A stretch of DNA of 64,000 bases from Terriglobia bacterium (GCA_963666975.2 CAXVYR010000004.1:512001-576000), one strand, 5' to 3'. Shown: positions 41,389 through 52,090, counted from the first letter of the stretch. Numbers and translations are program-made. Notes: generated by a model from the sequence alone, not told the origin.

Positions 41389-41438
41389 ATTCCGGGGTGG
41401 ATTGCCTGTATTTACTGTAGGCCAATCCACCCCGGAAT
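41389..41438. repeat. Perfect 16-bp-stem hairpin between fur and the porin gene
   Basis: ATTCCGGGGTGGATTG...CAATCCACCCCGGAAT; no U tract. Confidence 0.65.
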
Positions 41439-41468
41439 TCAACACACGTTTTCCTGGAGGAGGACTGG

Positions 41469-43190
41469 ATGCAGAAGATGCAAAAAATGCTGCTTGGAGT
41501 TCTGATATGGCTTTTCCCCGTTTCTCTGTTGGTGGCGCAAACAGCCCCCGAAACGAAGGTCACATCAGAAGAAATTCAACAATTGCAGGAGCAGATCACT
41601 GCCTTGCAGGAAAAGTTAGATAGCGTGCTGAAAAGAACGGAAGATTCCCGCTCCGGCGAGATGGCGGAGACGCAAACCTCCGGCAGCACCGTCGAAGGTA
41701 TTCCCAGGGAGCAAGAAGCCCAACAGGCTCCCGGCCGGGGGCTGACGGAGCAGGGGTTGTATGGAAGCCTGGCAGCCGGCCCCCCGGAACAGAGATACGG
41801 CCGGGGAATTTTCGGCGATGCCGTCACCATCGGCGGCTACGGATCGTTCCGTTTTGAGACCAACAACATCGATATGGGACCGCGCATCGGCAACCTGCCG
41901 CCGGTCCGCAGAGGCTATGACGGATTCGACTTCCGGCGGTTTGTCCTAACGTTGGACGCCGCACCGGCAGAGCGCTTGCGGTTTTATACCGAGATTGAAT
42001 TCGAACGGCTGAACAAAATCGAAATCGAGCGGACGGCGATTCCGGAAAACCGCGGTGTCCGCAATCGCGCCGGCATCCGTTTCATCCAGGAGATGGAAGG
42101 CCAAAGCGGCGGCGAGATCGCCATGGAACAAGCCTGGGTGCAGTACGATTTCGCCGACTCGATCGGCCTGCGCATGGGGGTTGTCCTGCCGCCCGTCGGC
42201 CGGTTCAACATCCTGCACGATGACGATTACTGGGACCTTCCCCGCCGGACGCTGGTGGACCGCGGCGGGCCCGTGCTTCCGGTGAAATCCGCCTGGAGAG
42301 AACTCGGCGCCGGCCTGCTTGGCAACATACCCGTTGGACAGGGCCATCTGGACTATCAATTCTACGTGCTGGGCGGGGCGCGGCTGGATTTCACCCTGGA
42401 AGAGGTGGTCTCTTTGCGGGAGGGCAGAAACTTGGTGGAGTTGGAACCGGAGATTGCCTTTGCCTCCGGCCCCTTTAACGGAACCGACACTGCCGATGCG
42501 TTCAGTTGGCGGGTGGCTTATAGCCCGGCGCTGGGCAGCGAGTTTGCTTTTTCCGGCTATCACGGACAGTACACGCCCGATTACTTGAATGTGAACAGCT
42601 CGATCAACTCCGTCGCCATGGACGGCAAGCTAACACTCGGGCGATTTGAAGTGGAGGGGGAGTTTGTTTACACCGACTTTGGCCGCATGGAGGCCGTGCT
42701 CGGAGACATCGCCGCGCAGGCGGTGGATGCAGCCGCTCAGACCAGCAGCGCCGAAACGGCCCAACTGGAGACGGAAGTAGAGGCGGAGTTCGCCGGTCCG
42801 CTGACCAACCAGCGGTACGGCTACTGGGTGGACTTCAAGTACCGCTTCTGGCCCCGCTTTCTGGACCGCACTTTTCTGGGAAGAGGTTTTGAGAATCCCC
42901 AGCTGATCCCCATCGTTCGCCTGGAACGCATCTGGTTCAACGATTTCGTCAAAGGATTCGATTTTTCGGATGGCAAGACTACAAGTCTCGAAACGGAAGA
43001 CATGGAGCAGCAACGGACCACTGTGGGCCTGACATACCGGCCGGCGGCCTCGGTTGCTTTCACTGCCGCCTTGGAACACAACCAGCGAATCCAGGGAAGC
43101 ACGCTCATCTTCCCCAACGTTTTGGGGCTGGGACGAGTGCCGGACATATCCTACGACTCGCTGCTGATGGGTGTCACTCTGGGGTTTTAG
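41469..43190 (+). CDS. Outer-membrane porin-like beta-barrel with N-terminal coiled coil
   Basis: Signal peptide, IQQLQEQITALQEKL, TEIEFE, EQAWVQY, terminal Phe. Confidence 0.75.
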   Translation: MQKMQKMLLGVLIWLFPVSLLVAQTAPETKVTSEEIQQLQEQITALQEKLDSVLKRTEDSRSGEMAETQTSGSTVEGIPREQEAQQAPGRGLTEQGLYGSLAAGPPEQRYGRGIFGDAVTIGGYGSFRFETNNIDMGPRIGNLPPVRRGYDGFDFRRFVLTLDAAPAERLRFYTEIEFERLNKIEIERTAIPENRGVRNRAGIRFIQEMEGQSGGEIAMEQAWVQYDFADSIGLRMGVVLPPVGRFNILHDDDYWDLPRRTLVDRGGPVLPVKSAWRELGAGLLGNIPVGQGHLDYQFYVLGGARLDFTLEEVVSLREGRNLVELEPEIAFASGPFNGTDTADAFSWRVAYSPALGSEFAFSGYHGQYTPDYLNVNSSINSVAMDGKLTLGRFEVEGEFVYTDFGRMEAVLGDIAAQAVDAAAQTSSAETAQLETEVEAEFAGPLTNQRYGYWVDFKYRFWPRFLDRTFLGRGFENPQLIPIVRLERIWFNDFVKGFDFSDGKTTSLETEDMEQQRTTVGLTYRPAASVAFTAALEHNQRIQGSTLIFPNVLGLGRVPDISYDSLLMGVTLGF

Positions 43191-43201
43191 AGGAATGGCA
43201 C

Positions 43202-43861
43202 GTGGCCTTGCGCAAAAACAGAACGGGACGGCGTTCAGCCCGTAGGGCATCTGACCTAGGTGTGCTTGCGGGTGTGCTTGCGGGTGTGCTTGCGGGCCTG
43301 CTTGCGAGTCTGTCTGCGGGTCTGCTCGCGCCTCTGCTGCTTGCGGCGCAATCGGGCGGCTTTCAAACGGAGGTCTACCTGAATGTCGAGGAGGCTCCCA
43401 AGACCGTTTTCCCCGAGGCCGACCGCTGGGAGCGAAAAGATATCCCAGTCACGGCGGCAATGCGCCAAAGGCTCAAGCAACTGGTGGGCCGCGCCAAGCC
43501 GACGATTTGGGAAGCGCTCTACATCACCTTCATCGCCAGCAAAGACGGGCAGGTCATCGGCTACGCGGTCATCTGCGAGGAAATCGGCAAGCACCGCCCC
43601 ATCACCTTCATTGCAGGGGTCACCCCGGATGGGAAGGTAAAAGACGTTGCCATTATGATGTACCGCGAACCGCAAGGCGGCGAGATTCGCCGCAGGAGTT
43701 TCCTGAAGCAGTTTAGCGGGAAGCATCTCAGCAACCCCATCATGCCCCGCCAAGACATACTGAGTCTCTCCGGCGCCACGCTCTCCGTGCGGGCGATGAG
43801 CCGTGGCGTACGCAAGGCTCTGGCCGTGGTGCAAGCCGTTTATCTCAACCCGCAGGAGTGA
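43202..43861 (+). CDS. FMN-binding (flavinylation target) protein
   Basis: LSGATLS flavinylation motif; IGKHRPITF, YREPQGGEI. Confidence 0.85.
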   Translation: MALRKNRTGRRSARRASDLGVLAGVLAGVLAGLLASLSAGLLAPLLLAAQSGGFQTEVYLNVEEAPKTVFPEADRWERKDIPVTAAMRQRLKQLVGRAKPTIWEALYITFIASKDGQVIGYAVICEEIGKHRPITFIAGVTPDGKVKDVAIMMYREPQGGEIRRRSFLKQFSGKHLSNPIMPRQDILSLSGATLSVRAMSRGVRKALAVVQAVYLNPQE

Positions 43862-43891
43862 GCGCGAACGCAGCAGCAATAGGCCATCAGC

Positions 43892-45079
43892 ATGACGACC
43901 CGTATCCAACAGCGGAACACCAGCGAGCAACGGCGGCCAGCCCGTACCGGCGGCATGGCCGCGACGTTTTCGCTTCTCGCCCTCGGGGCATTCTGTCTGT
44001 GCGCGCTGCCTGCCGGGTCCTCCGGCCCAGCGTTGCAGTTGGTGCGCAGAGCCCATTACCAGATGGGCACAATCTTTGAGATCTCCGCCTACGGAGAAAA
44101 CGCCCGGCGCACCGCCGCAGCCATCGAAGAAGCCTTCGCCGAAATTCGGCAGGCCGACCAGATGATGAGCGACTATCGCGCCGACAGCGACCTGACCCGG
44201 CTGAACCAAAACGGCGGTACGGGCTTTGTTGCCGTCCCGGCTGAACTCTACGATTTGTTGCAGGAATCGGTGAAATTCTCCAGGCTGACCGGTGGCGCTT
44301 TCGATGTGACCGCAGGCCCGTTGGTGACAGCCTGGCAGCAGGCGGCCGGACAGAAAAGGCTGCTGAGCGATACGGAACTGCGTCAGTTGCTCCCCTTGGT
44401 GGGCGATGCCCGTCTGGTTTTTGACGACCAACAGCAAGCCGTCCGGTTTGACCGGCCCGGAGTCCGGGTGGACTTGGGCGCAATCGCCAAGGGCTGGGCG
44501 GTGGACCGGGCCGCCGCCGTTCTGCGCCGACGTGGAATCACGCGTGCCCTGATCAGCGCGGGAACAAGCACCCTCTATGCCATCGGCTCGCCTCCCTCGC
44601 AGCCCGCTTGGGAAATCGGCATTCGCCATCCCCTGAGTGCAGATGTAGACGCGGATGTAAAGGATGATGCGAATCAGAACGAGGCAACCATCCTGGCCAC
44701 GGTGGCGCTCAAAGATGAAGCGCTTTCCACCTCGGCGAGTTACGAGAAATACCTGGAGATCCAAGGGAAAAATTACTCCCACCTGCTCGATCCCCGAAGC
44801 GGAATTCCAGCCGAGAGAATCCTCAGCGCGACCGTGATTGCTCCGACCGCCGTGGAATCAGACGCTCTCTCCACCGGAGTTTTTATTCTGGGAACGGAAC
44901 AGGCGGCAGCGCTGCTCCGGCGGCTGGAGTTGTCCGGGCCGAAGTTGTCAGGGCTGAAGTTGTCCGGAATTGTCGCCGAAGCAGGTATACGGGGCCCGGA
45001 AACGATCGTGCGCCGGATCGGCGCTGAGCGAAAAAGAGATTTTGTGCTTTTACAGCCAGTCAAGGAGAACCGCCGATGA
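43892..45079 (+). CDS. apbE: FAD:protein FMN transferase
   Basis: MGT, GAFDVT, DLGAIAKG, STS, HLLDPRSG, SDALST. Confidence 0.92.
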   Translation: MTTRIQQRNTSEQRRPARTGGMAATFSLLALGAFCLCALPAGSSGPALQLVRRAHYQMGTIFEISAYGENARRTAAAIEEAFAEIRQADQMMSDYRADSDLTRLNQNGGTGFVAVPAELYDLLQESVKFSRLTGGAFDVTAGPLVTAWQQAAGQKRLLSDTELRQLLPLVGDARLVFDDQQQAVRFDRPGVRVDLGAIAKGWAVDRAAAVLRRRGITRALISAGTSTLYAIGSPPSQPAWEIGIRHPLSADVDADVKDDANQNEATILATVALKDEALSTSASYEKYLEIQGKNYSHLLDPRSGIPAERILSATVIAPTAVESDALSTGVFILGTEQAAALLRRLELSGPKLSGLKLSGIVAEAGIRGPETIVRRIGAERKRDFVLLQPVKENRR

Positions 45080-45612
45080 CTCGGATTAACCGGCTTTGCT
45101 TATTGCGGGATGGCTCGTACAAAATTCACATGGTGACCGGATTGGCCGCCGCCCTCTGGGTCCTGTTGCTGGCCGTGACCGGCGTGATGATGAATCATCA
45201 GGAGTCGCTCGGCTTGCTGGACGCCGAGATCAGCGACAAGTATCTTCCCGGCTCCTACCGGGCCGACGTCCGGACGGGCACGACCCGGCTCAACATTATT
45301 GTCACCGACCTTCACTCCGGACGCATCTTCGGAGCCCAGGGAACATGGGTCAGTGATCTGATTGCGCTGTTCTTGCTCGTGTCGCTCACCTCGGGAGCCT
45401 TTTCCTACTGGATCAAGAGACGATTGCAGCGCGGCAACCAGCAACACCTCCAGCCGTCCGCCGAAAGCACGCTTCGTCCAGTCAACGGGAAATCAACGGC
45501 GCGAGTTTCCGTCATGCCTGGGAAAGTTGCCGGGAACGGGTACTCCGAAGGCCGGCACCCCCCAAACCAGCACGCTGACGAAAATCGGAGCAGCCATATC
45601 GGAACCGTCTGA
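45076..45612 (+). CDS. PepSY-associated TM-helix membrane protein
   Basis: KIHMVTG...AVTGVMMNH and DLHSGRIFG histidine motifs. Confidence 0.75.
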   Translation: MTRINRLCLLRDGSYKIHMVTGLAAALWVLLLAVTGVMMNHQESLGLLDAEISDKYLPGSYRADVRTGTTRLNIIVTDLHSGRIFGAQGTWVSDLIALFLLVSLTSGAFSYWIKRRLQRGNQQHLQPSAESTLRPVNGKSTARVSVMPGKVAGNGYSEGRHPPNQHADENRSSHIGTV

Positions 45613-45847
45613 TGCAGCAGGCGGAGAATCCTCCGGGCCAACTTCCCTGCTCTGGTTGCAACCCGGCTTAAAAAGCTCCACCGTCAACGCGCCTCAACAT
45701 TTCAAACAGCGTTATCTCCCAGCCACATCGATAATTTCAACCCGTGACAACCCGGAGCCGGTATAATTTCCGGAACCACTGTTCACTCGGTGTTTACGTG
45801 GCGGGACGAACACGGAACTTCCATGTCAAAGAGAGGAACCCTATTCC

Positions 45848-47227
45848 ATGGCGACAAAATATGACGCGATCATTATCGGCACGGGACAGTCCGGGCCGTC
45901 CCTGGCAGGGCGGCTGGCGGCAGCGGGGATGAAGGTGGCCATCGTCGAACGCAAGCGCTTCGGGGGCACATGCGTCAACAACGGATGCATTCCCACCAAG
46001 ACGCTGGTGGCCAGCGCCCGCGCGGCCTACATGGCGAGGCGCGGGGCCGATTTTGGCGTGGAGATCGGCGGCTCCATCTCCGTGGACATGAAGAAGGTCA
46101 AGGCGCGCAAGGACGCCGGGGTCAGGCGGTCCAACGAAGGCGTGGAAAAGTGGCTCAAGACGATGAACAACGGCACGGTCTACGAGGGCCACGCGCGCTT
46201 CGAGGGGCCGCACACGGTGAGCGTCGGCGCCGAATCGCTTGAAGCGGAGAAGATATTTATCAACGTGGGGGCGCGGGCGCTCGTTCCGTCCATGCCCGGC
46301 ATTGCGAGCGTGAAATACCTCACAAACTCCAGCGTGATGGAGGTGGACTTCCTGCCGAAACACCTGGTCATCATCGGAGGAAGCTACATCGGCCTGGAGT
46401 TCGGCCAGATGTACCGTCGCTTCGGAAGCGAGGTGACTATTGTGGAAATGGGCTCCCGCCTGATTCAGCGCGATGATGAAGACGTCTCGGAAGCCGTCCG
46501 GGAAATTCTGGAAAACGAGGGCATCCAGGTCCGCCTCAACGCGAAGTGTATCACCGTAGAAAAACGAGGCAATCAGGTAGCCATTAACCTCGATTGCGAG
46601 GGTGGCGAACGAGAGGTGGTTGGCTCGCACCTATTGCTGGCGGTGGGCCGCGTCCCCAACACAAACGACCTCGGCCTGGACAAGGCAGGGATTGAAGTGA
46701 ATCAGCGGGGCTTTATCGTGACAGACGACCAACTGCGCGCCAATGTGCCCGGCGTCTGGGCTCTGGGCGACTGCAACGGCAAGGGGGCCTTCACGCACAC
46801 CTCCTACAATGACTACGAGATCGTGGCGGCCAACCTTCTGGACAATGACCCGCGCCGCGTGAGCGATCGCATCCTCACCTACGGTCTGTTTATCGATCCG
46901 CCGCTCGGACGGGCCGGGATGACCGAAGCCGAGGTGCGGAAGTCCGGACGGAAAGCTCTGATCGGCAAAAGACCGATGACGCGCGTCGCCCGCGCGGTGG
47001 AGAAAGGGGAAACCCAGGGCTTTATGAAGATACTGATCGACGCCGGGACGAAACAAATCCTGGGGGCGGCGATCCTGGGAGTGGGCGGCGACGAGATCGT
47101 CCATTCCATCTTGGATATCATGTACGCCAAAGCGCCCTATACGGTGATCCAGCGTGCCGTGCACATTCATCCGACTGTTTCGGAGCTAATCCCAACCATG
47201 TTAGGGAGTCTCCATGCGCTGGAATGA
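45848..47227 (+). CDS. Class I flavoprotein disulfide reductase (MerA/RclA/LpdA family)
   Basis: GTGQSG, GGTCVNNGCIPTK, GGSYIGLE, HIHPTVSE; no MerA C-terminal CC. Confidence 0.88.
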   Translation: MATKYDAIIIGTGQSGPSLAGRLAAAGMKVAIVERKRFGGTCVNNGCIPTKTLVASARAAYMARRGADFGVEIGGSISVDMKKVKARKDAGVRRSNEGVEKWLKTMNNGTVYEGHARFEGPHTVSVGAESLEAEKIFINVGARALVPSMPGIASVKYLTNSSVMEVDFLPKHLVIIGGSYIGLEFGQMYRRFGSEVTIVEMGSRLIQRDDEDVSEAVREILENEGIQVRLNAKCITVEKRGNQVAINLDCEGGEREVVGSHLLLAVGRVPNTNDLGLDKAGIEVNQRGFIVTDDQLRANVPGVWALGDCNGKGAFTHTSYNDYEIVAANLLDNDPRRVSDRILTYGLFIDPPLGRAGMTEAEVRKSGRKALIGKRPMTRVARAVEKGETQGFMKILIDAGTKQILGAAILGVGGDEIVHSILDIMYAKAPYTVIQRAVHIHPTVSELIPTMLGSLHALE

Positions 47228-47548
47228 GTTCCCGGAAACCCGGCGATACCGAGTGACTAGTGACCACTGGCTTGCGTATTACAACGGTGGCTTAGACCGG
47301 ATGCTTAGAAAATTGGGCGCTATTTGTGATACCCTTACCACTTCTCTTTTGGGAACACCGAGGGCAGCACAAGGGGCGGCACAAGCAAACCCCGCCTTGC
47401 CCGAATTCAATCAAAAAGCCATGAGCGCTGCACACACGGCCATTGTCGTCAGTTCGTCTCGCCCCGGATGTTTGTTGAAGGTTCGGGAGAATCTCGCCTC
47501 CGGGGCCAGGCACATCCGGAGCCAAAGGATTTCCAGGAAAAAAGACCA

Positions 47549-48928
47549 ATGGCCTTAGCCCAAAATTCTCTGGCGACTCCTGCAGAACTGGCAGAGTGGG
47601 TGCTGGACGCCCGCGAACGGTCCTTCGAGCTGCTCGCCGACCTCACCGATGAACAACTTTTCGGTCCCCGCCTCCCCATCGTCAATCCCCTGCTCTGGGA
47701 GATCGGACACGCCGCGTGGTTTCAGGAGAAGTGGGTCCTGCGGCACGTCTGCCGGGAAAAGGCGATCCGGGCGGACGGCGACGACCTGTTCGATTCCATT
47801 GCGATTGCTCACGACACGCGCTGGGATCTGCCGCTGCCATCGCGCGAGGAAACGCTCGCCTACACGCGCCGAGTGCGCGACCGCGTTGTCGAAAAGCTGC
47901 AGCAGGGCCAACCGAGCGAGGAGATGGTCTATTTTGTTCTTTATGCCATCTTCCACGAAGACATGCACACCGAGGCATTCACATACACTAGGCAGACGCT
48001 CCAATACCCGTGGCCGCGTCTGTCCAATGTCCCGGAACGGACGCAGGCTGGCGCGTCACACGGCCGCGTCACCGCAGAGGGACCATTAGAAGCCGGACCA
48101 TTGGAAGCCGGGCCAGCCACGGGCGACGCCGAGATTCCCGGCGGCGAGTTCCTGCTGGGGGCGGCGCCGGATGAACCGTTCGTCTTTGACAATGAAAAAT
48201 GGGGACATCGCGTGGATGTGCGGCCATTCGCTATGGCGCGCACGGCCGTCACCCAGGCCGCCTTCCGGGCATTTGTGGACGATGGCGGTTATCGCCGGCA
48301 GGAGCTATGGAGTGAGCAGGGATGGCAATGGCGGCAGACCGAGGGCGCGGAACAACCTGTCTACTGGCAGCGGGATTCCGGCGGCAACTGGCTGCGCAGG
48401 CATTTCGACGAATGGGTTCCGCTCGAACCGCACCGCCCCGTCATCCACGTCAACTGGTACGAGGCCGAAGCGTATTGCCGCTGGGCGGGCCGCCGGCTGC
48501 CGACAGAGGCCGAGTGGGAGATTGCAGCCGCCGCTGAGCCCGGCCCGAACGGACGGGGACTCTCTCCGCATAAGCGGCGTTTCCCCTGGGGCAACGAGCC
48601 TGCTGCCCCGGGGCGCGCCAACCTGGACTGGCAGGCGCTGGGCTGCATGGACACGGGAGCCCTTCCGCAAAGCGATAGCGCCTTCGGCTGCCGTCAGATG
48701 ATCGGCAACGTATGGGAATGGACGAGCACCACCTTTCTCCCCTATCCGGGCTTTGTGGCGGACCCCTATAAAGAATATTCCGAGCCCTGCTTTAGCACGA
48801 GCAAGGTTTTGCGCGGCGGCTGCTGGACAACCCGCGCGCGTTTGCTTCGCAACACCTGCCGTAACTTCTACACGCCGGACCGGCGGGATGTGTGGGCGGG
48901 ATTCCGGACCTGTAGGCTGGAGAAATGA
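47549..48928 (+). CDS. senA: Selenoneine synthase SenA (EgtB-like)
   Basis: [21 protein letters not shown] metal motif, FGE-sulfatase domain ([15 protein letters not shown]); adjacent to senB. Confidence 0.8.
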   Translation: MALAQNSLATPAELAEWVLDARERSFELLADLTDEQLFGPRLPIVNPLLWEIGHAAWFQEKWVLRHVCREKAIRADGDDLFDSIAIAHDTRWDLPLPSREETLAYTRRVRDRVVEKLQQGQPSEEMVYFVLYAIFHEDMHTEAFTYTRQTLQYPWPRLSNVPERTQAGASHGRVTAEGPLEAGPLEAGPATGDAEIPGGEFLLGAAPDEPFVFDNEKWGHRVDVRPFAMARTAVTQAAFRAFVDDGGYRRQELWSEQGWQWRQTEGAEQPVYWQRDSGGNWLRRHFDEWVPLEPHRPVIHVNWYEAEAYCRWAGRRLPTEAEWEIAAAAEPGPNGRGLSPHKRRFPWGNEPAAPGRANLDWQALGCMDTGALPQSDSAFGCRQMIGNVWEWTSTTFLPYPGFVADPYKEYSEPCFSTSKVLRGGCWTTRARLLRNTCRNFYTPDRRDVWAGFRTCRLEK

Positions 48929-49974
48929 ACATTTGCATGATCACCCCGGCCCCGGCGCGCTCCCGGAAAGGAAACCGGGTGACCGCGCTCCGGTGGGCCC
49001 GCATTTTACGCGGACTTGGCCACAAAGTCGTTGTCGAGCAGGAATACCGAGGCCTGCAGTGTGATTTGATGGTGGCGCTCCATGCGCGCCGGAGTTTTGC
49101 TTCCGTGGAGCGCTTCCGGCGAGAGCACCCCGGCTTACCGCTGGTCCTGGGGCTGACAGGCACCGATCTCTATGGTGACATCCATACCGATCCGCAAGCC
49201 CAGCAGTCCTTGGAGATGGCTTCCCGCCTGGTTCTGTTGCAACCGATGGGCATCGAGGAGCTGCCGGAACACCTGCGCGGCAAGGCCCAAGTCATTTTCC
49301 AATCCGTAGAAAAAGCTCCCGGGAAGATTGTTTCCAAGCGACGTGGTTTCCCAGTCTGTGTTCTTGGCCACATGCGCCCCGTGAAAGACCCGTTCCGAAC
49401 AGCGATGGCGGCACGGCTGCTGCCTGCCTCTTCGCGTATCCAGGTGATGCATATTGGAGCAGCCCTGAGCGGAGAGATGGAAAAAACCGCCCGTGCCGAG
49501 GCAAGCTCCAATCCGCGATATCGCTGGCTCGGAGAGCTTCCTCAATGGAAGGCGTTGCGGCAGCTTGCCCGCAGCAGGCTTCTGGTGCTGAGCTCGCGCA
49601 TGGAAGGCGGCGCCAATGCAGTCTCGGAAGCGCTCGCGGTTCGTGTCCCCATCCTGGCGTCGCGAATCTCCGGATCGATTGGAATCCTGGGTCCGGATTA
49701 TCCAGGCTATTTCCCGCCAGAGGATACGCAGGCGCTGGCAACCCTGCTGGAACGGGCAGAAACAGATTCGAACTTTTACCAGACACTCGAGACTCAGTGC
49801 GAGCGGCTGACCCCTCTCGTAAATCCTGCGCGCGAGCGCCAGAGCTGGAAGTCCCTGCTCAAAGAACTCCCTATCCAGAACACTACACCGGAAAGGAAAC
49901 CTGAACATTGCAGCCCAGAACAATGCAGCCCAGAACGATACAGCCCAGAACGATACAGCAAAGATTCACGCTGA
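48925..49974 (+). CDS. senB: Selenosugar synthase SenB (TIGR04348-type glycosyltransferase)
   Basis: ITPA...[40 protein letters not shown]. Confidence 0.85.
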   Translation: MNICMITPAPARSRKGNRVTALRWARILRGLGHKVVVEQEYRGLQCDLMVALHARRSFASVERFRREHPGLPLVLGLTGTDLYGDIHTDPQAQQSLEMASRLVLLQPMGIEELPEHLRGKAQVIFQSVEKAPGKIVSKRRGFPVCVLGHMRPVKDPFRTAMAARLLPASSRIQVMHIGAALSGEMEKTARAEASSNPRYRWLGELPQWKALRQLARSRLLVLSSRMEGGANAVSEALAVRVPILASRISGSIGILGPDYPGYFPPEDTQALATLLERAETDSNFYQTLETQCERLTPLVNPARERQSWKSLLKELPIQNTTPERKPEHCSPEQCSPERYSPERYSKDSR

Positions 49975-50936
49975 TCGACGCCCAGGTCGACAGCCACCCT
50001 GCCACCTTTGCCCAGGAAGTGGAAACCGGACTGACCAGCAGCCCCAAGAGCCTTCCCTGCCGCTACCTCTACGACGAAGAAGGTTCGCAATTGTTCGAAG
50101 AAATCTGCCAGTTGCCCGAATACTATCCTACCCGGGCCGAAGCTCAGATTCTCCAGGAGCGGGCGCAAGAGGTCGCATCCCAGTTCTCTAAGGCGATTTC
50201 CCTGGTCGAACTCGGCAGCGGAAGCGCCGCCAAGACGCGTATTCTTATGGAGGCATTATTGCACCGTCATGGGAAGCTGCGCTATGTTCCCGTGGATGTC
50301 TCCCGGACCATGCTGGAGGAAAGCTCCCAGGACCTGCTGCAGGCCTACCCGGATTTGGAGGTCCTCGCCATTGCCGGCGAATATCACCACGGTTTCCCTC
50401 ACCTGAAAGCGCAGTCGGATCGCAGGAAACTGATCCTCTGGCTTGGCGGGACATTGGGCAACATGGAACGTCCGGAAGCGGTCAGCTTCCTGCGCACGGT
50501 GCGCGATGCCATGTCGCCGGGGGACCTGCTCCTGATTGGAGTGGACCTGCGCAAAGATCGCACGGTTCTGGAAAAAGCCTATGACGACTCCCAGGGGGTT
50601 ACTTCCCGCTTTAACCGCAATATCCTGGCCCGCATCAACCGCGAACTCAAAGGTAACTTCGACCTGGACACCTTCCGGTACAGCGCAGTCTATGACGAAG
50701 AAGCGGGCCGGGTGGAAATGTGCCTGGTGAGCGAACTAGCCCAGCAAGTTTCCATCGAGAGGCTGGGCATGAAAGTTTCCCTCGAGGCTGAGGAAGCCAT
50801 TTACACAGAAAACTCCTACAAGTATTCCCTCCCGGAAATACAGGCTCTGGCCGCGGACGCCGGACTCCGCGTTGAGCAGCAATGGCTCGACGACGGCAGC
50901 CGCTTCAGCTCAAACCTGATGGCTCCCAGCTCATAA
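49908..50936 (+). CDS. egtD: L-histidine N(alpha)-methyltransferase
   Basis: PKSLP..YLYDEEGSQLFEEIC.LPEYYPTRAE, ELGSGS, AYDDSQGVT, TENSYKY. Confidence 0.92.
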   Translation: MQPRTMQPRTIQPRTIQQRFTLIDAQVDSHPATFAQEVETGLTSSPKSLPCRYLYDEEGSQLFEEICQLPEYYPTRAEAQILQERAQEVASQFSKAISLVELGSGSAAKTRILMEALLHRHGKLRYVPVDVSRTMLEESSQDLLQAYPDLEVLAIAGEYHHGFPHLKAQSDRRKLILWLGGTLGNMERPEAVSFLRTVRDAMSPGDLLLIGVDLRKDRTVLEKAYDDSQGVTSRFNRNILARINRELKGNFDLDTFRYSAVYDEEAGRVEMCLVSELAQQVSIERLGMKVSLEAEEAIYTENSYKYSLPEIQALAADAGLRVEQQWLDDGSRFSSNLMAPSS

Positions 50937-51266
50937 AAGGCTTCCAAATCAATGCACCCGTCATGCCACGGGGTAGGATACCAAACAGGTCAGAACCGTC
51001 TGGCTGGGGAGGCAGTCAATAAACAGAAGGCGCCGCAGCTAGATAGGATTTGGATCGCACTCCCCTGGAAGAAACAGATAGCAGAACCCAATAGAAGCGC
51101 CTGAACGGATTTTTCCCGGCTACGAGCTTTTCGGATATGCTATAGTGCTTTTGTTATGGCACGCCGCGTTGAGAATCCGGGTTCTCGGACTCATGTGGTG
51201 TCTACTTTCGCGATCGAGGCTTTTTTAATCAGGTCATTCCGACACGTTCATACCAATGGAATCAGA

Positions 51267-51341
<75 letters not shown>

Positions 51342-51728
51342 GTTTTTCAACGACTTGCCCGGCTTACCCCGGCTATGCTGCCCTTAGGGGCGCATCAGTC
51401 TGCACAAACCCCCGAACCCAGTAGGCGACCTCCCTTAGAGGGCTGCTCCAAGACACCTTTACTCTGCCCAACCTAAGACTCCTGCAATTTTGATCGCCTC
51501 CTTATCATCCCGAGCCCGGTCCGTGCTAGCTTCCAGGATAGACCTCAATTACGCATAAACGGGCCAGGGATTGATCGGTTCGGGCACGCCACCCTCTATA
51601 CCTCCTCTTCCTTCTCCCATTGTCCGTGTCCCCCCTATGCCCCCTTTTAATGGGTCCCTCTGGCAGCCTGCCTGGGGGCAGTGGAGCGATCGCACTCCCA
51701 GGGGCATTATGCAGAACGGACAGATCCC

Positions 51729-52090
51729 TACAGCATTTTACGGATTGATGTATAGGGGTTCGTCAGGGCACGACTTCAGGCGTGCCGCAACGAGGCCAGC
51801 CATTTGGGGTTTTAACCCCTGACGGGACCCGATAGAAACATATGAACCTCAGCGGCTAAACAGGTTGCTGAAAAAAGGCTCGAAAGGGCCAAATCGGAAT
51901 TTTGCCGAATGACGATTCAATAACTTACGAGTCAACGTTTCGGCGAAGAACGCCAAAAGTTACCACTTTGGTTCTTTTTTCAGCAGCCTGTAAAGCCGCT
52001 CTGCCTCCCCTGCTTTTTTCGGCACGGTTAAAACCGTGCCCTGACGCAGATCTCAGTTTCCCTCTATACACCAATTTGAAAAATGCTCTA
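51729..52090. mobile_element. Composite non-autonomous element (outer MITE, REP palindromes, inner MITE)
   Basis: Outer imperfect ~30-bp TIRs starting TA; inner 130-bp MITE 51861-51990 with 16/17-bp TIR and TAAA duplication. Confidence 0.7.

Noticed and set aside
45848-47227. Mercuric reductase merA
   Set aside because: No C-terminal Cys-Cys, no NmerA domain, no mer operon.
49900-49960. Short direct repeats as a possible CRISPR array (also 26476-26535, 58733-58766, 32992-33023)
   Set aside because: Units are contiguous with no unique spacers; no cas genes.
51342-51720. Integrative element attached at tRNA-Gly
   Set aside because: No integrase and no duplicated tRNA 3' end found in the window; only suggestive.
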